DNA from: Camelus ferus
Lineage: Eukaryota
Assembly: GCF_009834535.1 (NCBI RefSeq)
Contig: NC_045697.1
Coordinates: forward strand, 107,634,001 to 107,698,000
Direction: 5' to 3'
Length of the DNA: 64,000 nt
Shown piece after piece: positions 48,956 through 60,225 of the stretch; positions within the stretch are counted from its first letter, which is position 1, and the number at the start of each line of letters is the position of its first letter. The position numbers and the translations under genes are program-made. The notes under the pieces are model-generated. The model did not search any database. It saw nothing but the letters and a program-made list of their open reading frames with translations, and was not told the DNA's origin.

Positions 48956-50265
48956 TTTTTTTTTCTTCACACTATGACAGTTGTATTTTATTTGTTCAAG
49001 GACTCATTGCAAGCATTAAACCAAGCACAGGCTTTGATTCTGTGAACCCAGATTCAGAGATTTAGGAAGATAAAAGCAAACTGTGCCCCATGTACATGGA
49101 TGAAAACTAAAGGCTCATGGTTAATTACATCGTAGTTTTTAAGTTTCTACAACCTAGAACTAGAAGCCAGTAGTCATGGGTCCTTTAGATCCTTCTGGAT
49201 GTCCCATAGGGTGTCTGCACTTTTCTTGTGTTGGGCAACCTCATCATCCTTCAGCTTCTGGTTGATAAAACTGGTTAATCCTCAAGCATTCAGGATACAT
49301 GGAAAGCTCAGGAAGACTTCATTCTCGATGTCATACATCCCCCTTACCATTGCTGGCACTGGGTGAATCCTGGAGATATTTTTCAACATGGATTCAATAC
49401 TTAATCTAATAGCCCAGTTGGTGTACCCCTTTAGGTTGATGACTTCATAGGCACTGTCAACCACCATCTTATGCACTCCTTCCAATTTTCACTATCATTG
49501 TCCACTCCCATTTCTGGATTCAGTTCCTGGAGAGAAACGGCTGCCACATTCACCCCACTCCACATAACCACACTTGAGTTGCCATGTTCTCCCAAAATCC
49601 ATCCGTGGCAGCTGCTGGGATGAATGCCAACTTTTTCTGCCATAAGATAGCGGAATCTAGTAGAATCCAGACTGCACTCATTTCCAATCACACAGTGTTT
49701 GGGTAATACAGTTAGTCTCCAGGTAATATATGTGAGAATATCCACTGGGTTAGAAACCACAATTATGATTCAATCAGGACTGTACTTGATGATCTAAGGA
49801 ATGATGAACTTGAAGACATTAACGTTCCTCTGCACCAGATTGAGACAACTCTCCCCCTCTTGCTGGAGAACTCCTGCAGTCAAAACCACAAACTTGAGAT
49901 TGGTGGTCAAAGAGTAATCTTTATCTGCCACATTTTTTGGTGTCTGAAGAAACAAGCCCCATGCAGAAGATCTGTCATTTCGCCTTTGTGTTTATCTTCC
50001 AAAATATCCACAAGAGCAAGTTCATCAGACAGAGACTTTCCCAAAATGCTGATGGCACATGCTGTGCCAACTTTCCAGCACCCACTACAGTGATCTTATT
50101 GTTGGGGACCATTGCCTCTTCTTCTGCAACTGGTGCGATCAGCTTTTCCTTAAGAGTTGCCATTGTGCACAGGGGAGAGAAAATTCTCTAGACGGCTGTA
50201 AGTGTGCCACAAAGAAGACAAGGTCAGCAGCATGTGTCTCCTCCAGCACAGGATATGCAAAGAGC
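48956..50265 (-). pseudogene. LDHB: Processed lactate dehydrogenase B pseudogene (5' UTR, intronless disrupted CDS 50163-49174, 3' UTR, poly(A))
   Basis: [56 protein letters not shown]-terminus [12 protein letters not shown]; frameshifts; AATAAA at 48992-48987; poly(A); TSD AG(A/G)ATTTCTTT at 48945-48955 and 50266-50276. Confidence 0.97.
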
Positions 50266-50284
50266 AGGATTTCTTTAATAAATT

Positions 50285-50600
50285 TGCAGGTTGGGTCCTC
50301 TGGGAAACAGTCTGTAAGATAGAGATTTGCACGCGGGAAGTTTATTGGGATATGGGCTCAACACAGATGGAGGAATGAAAGAATCAGGATCCTTCTGAAT
50401 TGAAACTTGAACTGGGGCCGTCTCAGTCTGATTCCATGAGGAGCTCTGGAGTTGGGACAGCTCTTCTGATTTGGACTGAGTAGACTCAACCTTTATTCTT
50501 TGCATAGACCAGTCATTGGATGCAGGCTGTCCCCAAGAAGTGGGCATGACCCTGGGAAAGGCAGCTAGTCAGGGACATTGCCAGAGTTTCCGACCTCCTC
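50285..50600. mobile_element. Old ERVL/MaLR LTR fragment
   Basis: GCAGGTTGGGTCCTCTGGGAAACAG...GAGATTTGCACGCGGGAAGTTTATTGGGA; ACCAGTCATTGGATGCAGGCTG. Confidence 0.6.
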
Positions 50601-51390
50601 CTCTTGGCTATTGGGTACAAATGCTGCTAAGAACATGGGTGTACAAATATCTCTTTCAGATCCTGCTTTCAATTCTTTTGGATATACACTCAGAAGTGGA
50701 ATTGCTGGATCATATGGTAGTTCAATTTTTAACTTTATGAGAACTTCCTTACTATTTTCCACAGTGGCTGTACCATTTTTCATCCCCACCAACAGTGCAC
50801 AAGGCTTCCAATTTCTCCACATCCTCCCCAACACTTCTATTTTCTGTTTTTGGGATAGTAGCCCTCTTAATGGGTATGAGGTGATATCTCATAGTTTTGA
50901 CTTGCATTTTTAAATCCAATTAAAAAAAATTCTTCCAATCCAAGAGCATGGGATATATTTCCATTTCTTTAAATCACCTTTAATTTCCTTATCAACATTC
51001 TATTTCACTTCTAGTGATTGGACTGTTCAAGTGGTCTATTTCTTCTTGATTCAGTTTTGGTGGACTGTATGTTTCTAGAAACGTGTTCACTTCTTCTTGG
51101 TTGTCCAATTTGTTGCCATATAGTTGTTCATAGTATTCTCTCTCTCTCTCTTTTTTTTTTTTTGTATTTCTGTGGTATTGGTTGTGATTTCTCCATTTTC
51201 CTTTCTTATTTTATTTATTTGTGTCCTCTCTTTTTTCTTCTTGGTGAGCCTGGCCAGAGGTTTATGTAATTTGTTTACTCTTTCAAAAAACCAGCTCTTG
51301 GTTTGATTGATTTTTTTTCCTATCGATTTTTTAATCTCTATTTTATTTATTTCCTCCCTGATCTTTATTATTTCTTTCCTTCTGCTTATC
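50600..51390 (-). mobile_element. Juxtaposed L1 ORF2 fragments
   Basis: ORF 50565-50834 contains [23 protein letters not shown]; further ORF2 pieces at 50930-51390. Confidence 0.85.
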
Positions 51391-52109
51391 CAATTTATTT
51401 TTTAAAAGTAAAAATTTTGTCTTTTATAATTGTAAACGCAATACATGCTCATTGTAGAAAATTTGGAAAATTTAAAAAATCATAGTGAAAAAAACTCAGA
51501 ATCCTGTTACTTTAATCAATGCTAAAATTTTAATAAACTTTTAATAGTTTTAAGAAATAATAATAGTAGTAAGTAATGGCTTGTGCTTAATTTATCAAAC
51601 AAGTGTTTAGCATAGGAAAATAAAATTTCCATAATTAAAAAAAAATCAATGCTAATACTTTGGTTTGTATTTGTATCTTTCCAGTCTTTTTTCTGTCCAT
51701 ATTTCTGGATGGCTGATGCTAAGCCATACTGCCCCTTCTAGGTGAATGCAACCCTGCACCAGGGTATGTGGCTTGATAAGCAGGGCACAGCTGGATTTCA
51801 AATCTCACTTGTCCCTAGGGCAGGGACACTGTGCAGTGAAGGACTTGTACAACCATATGTTGTGGTTCTGAATGTACCTATGGATTTTGTTTTATATATA
51901 TATTTTTAATAAAATATGAGAGCACACTATTTGGTAAACTATGCTTGGATAGAATATAATTTATTTCAGTTCATTCCTATTTGTCAGTTAAATTGTTTTC
52001 AAAGGTTGGATATTATAAAATCTTGTTGGTATGACAATACTTGTACATAAATATTTATATTTAGAATTATTTCCTTATGATAAAGTTACTAGAAATTGCC
52101 TTGAAAATT

Positions 52110-52360
52110 AAATTTACTAAGTGCTTATTATGTGCCCTAGACTGTACTCAGAAATACATAGATAGAGATATACAATCCTTATTACAGACCAATGATGTAG
52201 GTAGGTACTCTGGTTATTATTTTTGGGGAGAAAGCTGAGGCACAACAGAAATGAATAAGAATACTTGGTTATCTGATCCAGGTCACAAAGCTGGAAAGCA
52301 GTAGAAGTGGGTTTTGAACACGTCTATCAGCTGCATCTGCTGTAGAGCCTGGGCCCTTAA
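52110..52360 (-). mobile_element. MIR
   Basis: ATTTACTAAGTGCTTATTATGTGCC...GAAAGCTGAGGCACA...GGTCACAAAGCTGG. Confidence 0.65.
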
Positions 52361-53718
52361 CATGCTATGGTGATTCACTTTAAAAGAGAAGACAAATGGA
52401 TTTGAGAAGAGTTTTAATAATAAATAAGCCTTACATCATCAGTGGAGTAGACCCTGACCACTTGACAATTTCCACAGGAGACAAGACCATTCAAAAAGCA
52501 ATAGGTTTTTATTAACATATTTGTTAGAAAGAAGAATTTCTTGACAGGATGATTGGTATTCTAATAGGATATACATGGTTCATTTCTGAGCTCTTCTTAA
52601 GGAAAGCAACTTTAGAAGACAATTTAAATTTAGATTGAATTTGACTACAAATGATAAATCTTCATGTGTTTTTAGTTTAGATTCCAAGTTATCTGGGTCA
52701 ATGATGGGATTGTGTTGATATCCTCATCTCAGACGGTTCACTTCCCTAAGATACACCTTAGCTTCTGTTTTTGTTAAACAGAGGGTGATACCCTTTGTCC
52801 GCTTCCTTATAGAGATGTTAAGATATTGACTTCAGTCTTTCAAGCTCTGTGAAAGATGAATGTATGCAAGTGCATGCGTTAATGAGATACTGCTCTCTTT
52901 TTTTCATATAATTCTGGATTTTTGATATTTTAAATATTTAATAGCTTGAGAAATGTATACAATTTAAGACATAATTACATTTTTAAGTGGGGCTATAGGA
53001 GGTAAGATAAAGGAGGAAGTCTTATCTGGCTTCTAAGAAATCTAATTTCAGTACTTATATTGTATACACAGCTAAAGAGGGTAAAAATAAATAAAATGAG
53101 AAATTAATGAAAAGTACTAGTTAGAAATGGTTGATATTATGTTATTGACATATGCATTCACAACCAATGTGCCTATTTCTAACTTCTTAGCTAATTATTG
53201 TAACTTCTAAAGCAGTAGGGTTCAAATCAATTGCTGTTTCCTGGATGCATAATATTAAAGATGCATCTCCAAACCAGAACCCATATATTGCTGGTGGGAG
53301 TGAAAATTGGGATAAGTACTTTGAAAACCTGTTTGGCAGTATTAACTAAATCTTACTGATATACACAGCCTGTCATCCAGCAATTCCACTTCTAAGAGAA
53401 TGTATACTTGCTTATGGCAGAAAACTTGGAAATAGAGAAAAGCACAAAGAAGACAATAAAAATAAACTGTCATCCTAGTATGGAGGTACAACTATTAACA
53501 TTATTAAGGAAAATCATATTTTACACACTGTTTGGTAGACTTATTTCATATAGTAAGGTATTGTGAACATGTTTCCATTTAGTAGATACTCAACAATATT
53601 TTAAAAACATGTTATAATATTATAACATGACTAAATCATAACATATAGTACTTATCATAATTCTGTCTTGTTGGATACTTAGGATCTTTCTAACTTTTTC
53701 ACTACATTTAAATAACAT

Positions 53719-53796
53719 AGGTCAGTGGTAGAGTGCATGCTTAGCATGCACGCGGTCCTGGGTTCAATCCCCAGTACATTCACTAAAATAAAAAAG
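53719..53796 (+). mobile_element. 5'-truncated tRNA-derived SINE
   Basis: TCAGTGGTAGAGTGCATGCTTAGCATGCACGCGGTCCTGGGTTCAATCCCCAGTAC plus A tail; TSD TTAAATAACAT at 53708-53718 and 53797-53807. Confidence 0.9.
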
Positions 53797-54689
53797 TTAA
53801 ATAACATTGTAATGGACATTCTTATATATACATTTTTAGCAAACATTTGAATATTAGAATAAATTCCTAGAAGTGAAATTTCTGGTAAGTTTTAAATATT
53901 TAGATATAAATTGCTAAAAATTACTGTATCTTATATTCCTTTCAGCATGGTATGTTATTGTCCAGTATCCAACAATAGGCATAATTATTATTTCTAATCC
54001 TTGCCCAATTTATAAATAAAAACAATTGCCTCTTTTTATAGCTTTACTTAATATGGTTGGATTTTTTAAAATATTGGCTTTTTTTTTTTAGAATTCTCTG
54101 TTCATTTCCTTTGACTATTTTTCTATTCTTACATCTTATTTGTTTGAAAGAATCCTTTATAAGGAATAGCAACCAACATTCTTTCCATATTTCATGTGTT
54201 GTAGATTTTTTTTAAGCTTTACTACAAACTTTCTATATTTCAAATTTCTTTTCCAAGCCATCAAACAATAATACTTTGGTTTGTCCCCTTGAGGAAGCAG
54301 AACTTAGGAGAAATGATTATCACAGATAGATAGCATTAGGCACCTTTGTTGGACTTCATTTCTTATGTTTTCATTTCATGTCCTTTCTCTCCCATTTTCT
54401 TTTCCCTCTTCTTTATTTTAGGAAAACTATTTCTGCTAAAACAATGTTTCACTCCCAGAGGGCATAATGGATATATATGAAATTCATATTTGCAGGGAGG
54501 GAACTAACATTCTTAAGTGCCTGCCAGGTGTCAGGTACTATATGAGACACTTCACTACATTAATTCATGTCATCCTTAAAACAACCCTAATGAAGTAGGT
54601 ATTATTTTCTTCATTTTATAAGCTGAGGAAATTGAAGATCATTCAAATTACATGTCCTTTCTTTCCTGTCTTCTTCCCTTTGGCCTTCT

Positions 54690-55025
54690 TTTTTAAATTT
54701 AAATTTATTTTTTTTTAAATTGAAGTACAGTCAGTTACAACGTGTTAATTTCTGGTGTACAGCATAATAGTTCAGTCATACATGTACATACACACATTCA
54801 TTTTCATATTCTTTTTCATCATAGTTTACTACAAGATATCAAATATAGTTCCCCTGTGCTATACAGTATAAACTTGTTTATCTATTTTATATATAGTAGT
54901 TAGTATCTGCAAATCTTGAACTCCCAATTTATTCCTCCCCCCCATCCTTGTAACCATAAGTTTGTTTTCTGTGTCTGTGAGTCTGTTTCTGCTTTGTAAC
55001 TAAGTTCATTTGTCTTTTTTGATTT
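54690..55025 (-). mobile_element. L1 3' UTR fragment
   Basis: Homologous to 23610-23925 (TGTGCTATACAGTATAAACTTG...GTAACCATAAGTTTGTTTTC). Confidence 0.88.
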
Positions 55026-55039
55026 TACCTCCACCTTGC

Positions 55040-55790
55040 TCCTTCTGAAGTCTTCGCCATCTTTGTTACTGCAATTCTATTCTTCCAGCTGCTCAGGCCA
55101 AAAACCTCAGAGTCAGCCTTGTCTCTTTCCTTCACACTCCACAGCTAGTCTGTGAGGAATCCTTGTGGGGTCATCACTGCCAACCCGGTCTCCATGGTCC
55201 AATCGCTCCACTCTTACTCCTGGATTATTTCAGTAGCCTTGGGATAGGTTTCTGCTTCAGCCTTTACCCCTTACTGTCTACTTTCAACCCAGCAGTGATC
55301 CTATTACAGTGTGTCAGAGGATGTCACTTTTCTACACAAAACCCTCCAATGGCTTCCAACTCACTCAGAGTAAAAGCCTCATTTGATCCTTCCTACTCTT
55401 ACCTCTCCGACTTCTCCTTTCTGCCACCTTGGCCTCTTGGTTGCTCCCAGCACACACAGGCACATTCCTGCCTCGGAGCTTTTGTACGTGCTGTGCTTTC
55501 TGCCTCAGAAGTTGCCTGTCCGGATATCTTGTTCCCCAAATGCCTTCAGGCCTTTGCTCAAATATTATGTCCAGAGGCTTTCTTTGATCATCTCTTACTC
55601 TTTTCTCCCCCAGTCTAATTTTTCTCCATTGCGTTTCTAATTATATGACAGACCACATATTTTCTTTATCATCTGTCTCTGCCGCCTGGAAGGCTAGGAT
55701 TTTTATGTTTTTGTTCTCTGCTGTGTCCCTGAGCCTTAGAGGGATGCCTAGCACGCAAAAAACACTCAAAAAATATTGGTTGAGTAAATG
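55040..55790 (+). mobile_element. L2 3' region
   Basis: CCAGCTGCTCAGGCCAAAAACCT; AAAACCCTCCAATGGCTTCC; end CACTCAAAAAATATTGGTTGAGTAAATGA. Confidence 0.85.
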
Positions 55791-56699
55791 ATCCTCCCAC
55801 TTCCTAATTGTTAGAACAGGCCAAGGTGACTCGCTGGGCAAAACCTCCCCGCTCCTACCCCAGCTTTTTTTTAGGAGCCGCTTGTCTGCACTTGTTATCG
55901 GTGGAAGGCTGATAAATCCCAAGAAGTATTCGCAGCAAATGCATTCCTGCTGCCTTCATCAAGTACAGCAGTGGTGGGAGACTTACAGAAGGAAGTGTGA
56001 GGTTTGCATCCTCTGATTACCATGGGTGCAAGAGAGAACCTGAAACTAGATATACTTGATTTTGGTTGTCTCCGGGTGGCATTCATCGAGAATGCAGGGA
56101 AGAAGATACTTCCTCCAAAGGAGAATCTGATGCCGTGCCAGCAGGGTGCCACCACAGTGGGAGAAGCTCCACATCCGCCTTTGCAAGACATGGTGTGGCC
56201 CAACCTGCTCAGATTGAGGCTCAGCTCAAGTTTCAGCCACATCAACTGCAGGGTTCTGAATATGCCAAGAGGGCCTCTAACCAAGAATTTGATTCCTCCT
56301 CCTGGATTTAAAGTCCAGAAAGCAGACCTCTGTCTTTGCCACCCAAGGACGGAAGGTGTGTGGGAGGCGGAGGAATGGACTGGGGAGGTGGCGATGCCAG
56401 CCTGGCAATGGGCACCGTCTCTCGTGAAGGGCAGCTGGCCAACCAGCGGCCGGGCCGTCCAGGGTCCGAGGTCCGGGCTCTGGGAAGGATAGTGAGACAG
56501 GGCAGTGCCAAAGGCCCTCACCACTCCCGGGGTGGTGCGGAAATTGATCCCGACGTGCTCTCCCATTTTCCACGGAGTCCTGAGTTGGGGAAGCTTCCTT
56601 TTCGCCGTAGAATTGTCCGAATTAAAGAGCCCTCATTTTCAGGAGGAAAATCGCTAGTGAACTGCACACATATCCTGACGGACAACTCCGATAACGCTG

Positions 56700-58170
56700 A
56701 CTCCCCTTGAAAAACAAACCAGCCGCCCCGCCCCGCTCTCCTCCGGGTCCCAGAACCTGGGCACTTTATTAACATCTACGAGGCCTCGTCTCCCCCTGCC
56801 CACTTCGGGGAGTTTGCCAGAAGTGCAAGGCGAACGTTTCCATCACTCAATTCGGCTCTCTGCAGGCTGTAATAACATTTTAGGAAAAAAAGAAACTGTA
56901 GTGGGGAAAGGGCGCCGATGGCCGCCGTTAAACCTCTGGGAAGTGAGAAATCTAAAACGTCCCAGTAGGAGTAGATCTAAATCTCAAAGTAGAGTCGTCT
57001 GACTTTCTCCACTCAGCAGAACCCAAGAAACGAGCCTTTTAGCCGTACTGTAAGGCTGATTTATTTTCTGCGTGTGTGGTGAGAGGAGTAGGGTGAAGGG
57101 GTGCAGTGCCGGCGAAAGGCGAACCCCCAAGGGCGAGGTGTCCTCCATTCCGCAGGGTTTAAGTTTCGGTGGAAACTTTCTCTCAGAGACTCCTCCTCCT
57201 TCACCTTGGAAACGGGCGCCGGGGCGGCCTTGCAGCGGAGCCCGCTGCCCCGCCCCCTCGCACCGCGCACCTGGCAGCCGCGCGCCCCGGGGGCAGGGGC
57301 GGGGCTGAGGGCGAGGCAGAGGGCGGGGGCAGAGGCGGGGCTGGGGGCGGGACGGCGCTGGTGGGGACAGGGGCGGGGGCCGGGCCGGACGCGCGCTCCC
57401 CTGGGCCGGCTGGGCAGGTTGGGCCCCGCCCCGGCTCGGGCCCCGCCCGCGTTCCCGAGGGCGCGGGGTAGGGAGGGAGAGACCGGCGGGAGAGGGACGC
57501 CCGGGAGCCGCGCGGCTCAGGTACCCGCTGACGCGCCGTCAGAAAGTTGCGCTCGGACCTTCTCCAGCCTCCTACTTTCTTCCCGGGCCCGGCTGTTGAG
57601 TTGGAGCTGGGCGGGAAGGAGCCAGGCCGAGACCTGCGAGCGGCCGCCGGCCAGGGCGCGGAGCGGACTGTTGGGACCCGGCGAGGAGCCCGCTGCCCCT
57701 TCCTCGAGGTAGCCAGCGCGGGTGGCGGTCCCCAGGACCGCGGCACAAACTTTCTGGATTGTTCCCGGACAGTCCTAGAGAGTCCGGCACCGCGCGGCGA
57801 GGAGGAGCCGCGGCCGCTGACAGGTAGGTGGTATGTGGATCTGAGATTTGCGCCTGAGGCATTCTTTTATTTTAGGGGTCAAGGGAGGGGTGAGAGAAGT
57901 GTCCCTTACCTGCATTCTCGGACTGCGCGGGAGGAGCAGGAATTGGGATGGGGGCCCCGCTGGGAGTACCTCAAACAAGATCAGTGTGTCAGGCCGAGGC
58001 ACGGGCGGGAGGAGGTGGCTCCCAGAGCTGCGGAACCGGGCGTTACTTGGTGACTGATCCCGGGGGAGAGCCAGCTTGTTTTGACGGAGGAGGATGGCAC
58101 CAGGGCCCTCCACCCCTTTCGTTGGTTCCTGGAGCTAGAGAGCCGGGAACCTACGGGAGGAACAGGCCAA
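56700..58170 (+). promoter_or_regulatory. CpG-island promoter and probable non-coding first exon(s) of an unidentified gene
   Basis: Very high GC and CpG density; many GGGCGG boxes at 57290-57450; plus-strand donor candidates at 57521 (CAG|GTACCC), 57709 (GAG|GTAGCC) and 57824 (CAG|GTAGGT); repeat-poor, T-rich sequence downstream. Strand is inferred. Confidence 0.85.
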
Positions 58171-59999
58171 GGAGAAGAGATGTGGGGCTCAGTTTTCCCT
58201 CTCAGAACCTCTGTTTTACACAAGAGACAGAGGCAATGCCACTCTGAGGTTTGCAGCACTTTTCTGTTGTGAGGACTTACTTGCGGAGTGCCTCTTGCTC
58301 AGTGTCATCGAGTTCTCTAATGAAACTGCGTTCGAGTCGTGGTGGTTGTTACTGATGATGATGATGGGGTGTGTGTGGCCGACTCCAATCTTAACAAAGG
58401 TCCCTTGTTAATTCCATTTGTGCTAAGGAGTGGAACTAGCTGCTGTCCTATTTCAAGTCCGGCCAGAGCGAGGTGTCGGTGGCAGCGGTAGCCTTGTTTG
58501 CTTGGGACTTTGCGAATCACGTGGGCAAGTCTGATGAATTAGCTCAGCTCTGTCCCACCCACTTGGATCCATCCATTCTTAAAAGACCCGGCTTCCACCA
58601 GTCAGCAGATGCTGCAGCGTTAGCCATCCAGGTGTGGGGAATATTCCCTGTGGAAGGAAGGACCCTCAAACAGAGGAGAGACAGCTGTGAGGAGTAACAG
58701 TAAACAATGAATACCAGTTGTTGCTTCCCTGTGGATTGAACCCACTCCCTGACTTCTCTGGAAGGGTCCTGCTATCAAATTCATCTCATTAGGAAGTCAG
58801 CTGCTCTCTGCTAATAGCCATAGCAGCCCTGATGAAATTATGTAGGTCATTGAAAAATAATTCCTGCATAATCACCTTTATCCTGTTGATTAGTGAGAGA
58901 AAAGATTTCCTCTCCTTAATGTACCATGCCTGGTTGGCAGCATCACCTGCCTGACCTCAAGTTCACTTGTACACCTGGCACTGGACAGAATGTTTTCCCT
59001 GAAACTGCCCAAACCACAACCGAAGTCTGCATTGGGAGAACTTTAGTGGTCTTCTCTGGACAGAAACTGAGCAGGAGATTCAGTCCATAAATTACTTTAA
59101 TGCAGCATACTTGTTGGCTTTAGGTAACTTTTCTGATAATTAACGGCTGGTTTCTTTTAGTTCCAGTTACTCCCTTTTCACAGAGCTCGTAAGAATTGTG
59201 CCTATGCCTGTCTTGAAATAAATTATGTTTGGGGTCCCATTTATCATTTGTCCTGTAGTTTTAGGAACAGGATTAAACTGTGTGGGGCAGGTGGAAACGG
59301 CAAGAGAAACTGAGTGTCACTGAACTAGGTTCAGAGAGAGGTTTAGAATGGTCTAATAATCTTGGCCCAACTGCCTAGCTAGCTTCCTTCTTACCTCTAA
59401 ATAGAGACCCTATGGTTGTATCACTTTTAATGTAGGCCTTTGAAGACCAGAAATGAAAGGGCTGTTTTAGCACAGTGTCAGTAATGCGTTGCTGGACAGT
59501 TCTTCGCAATAACTTACCCTGTTTGGTTCAAAACACTTTCTTTGCAAAGTTATTTCTACCGTGATAGGAAGTCAGTAGATTGTGTCTGCAAATCAAAAAG
59601 CAGATGTACAAATTATGTAGAAATAGAGAGGTACGTATTAGAAGCAGCAAGGAAGAGTTGCCTGAGGAGTGACTTTTGAAATTATTTCTTGTATTAGTTT
59701 AAAAATGAAAACATGATAAGGAAGCTTCCTCTCTCTGCAAATATAAAACAGAATTGCTTTCTCTGATCTTTACTTAGATGCTTGATCTTTATTCTATGTA
59801 TATTTGTCTCATAGGGCAATGCATAAGCCCTTTGAAAAGCTGGACCCTCAGATTCTGGCCTTGGGTCACAATTTACAGCTATTTCACTCTTATACTCAGC
59901 GACTTCCAACTCTTAGTTTTTAAGCCTACGTACGAGAACAGTGCTCAAGAGTGACCAATAACTTCATTTATAGGGATCTCTTAGTGAAGACAATAACAG

Positions 60000-60225
60000 A
60001 AGGTCACATGTTTATAGTGCTTTATGAGCATCAAAGTACTTTCACGGGTACCACATTTGTGCTTTGTGATTTAACCATTTCATAGCTGGTGCTATTATAT
60101 TCGGATTACACATGAGGAAAGCAGATGAGATTCAGAGAAAATAAGGAACTTTCAGGTGCATACTTTGTTCCTATATATGGTGGACTCAGACCCCAATGCA
60201 GGATTTCTGATTTAGAGGCCAGGCT
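60000..60225 (-). mobile_element. MIR
   Basis: ACATGTTTATAGTGCTTT...CATGAGGAAAGCAGATGAGATTCAGAGA. Confidence 0.55.

Noticed and set aside
53719..53796. tRNA-like sequences here and at 3391, 27605 and 33371
   Set aside because: They have TSDs and A-rich tails, and no complete acceptor stem is apparent, so they are SINEs rather than tRNA genes.
55163..55640. 151-aa and 85-aa ORFs
   Set aside because: Lie within an L2 remnant.
57061..58259. Long overlapping ORFs (up to 203 aa) in the CpG island
   Set aside because: Arg/Gly/Pro/Ala-rich in all frames, as expected from stop-codon scarcity in GC-rich DNA; no recognisable protein.
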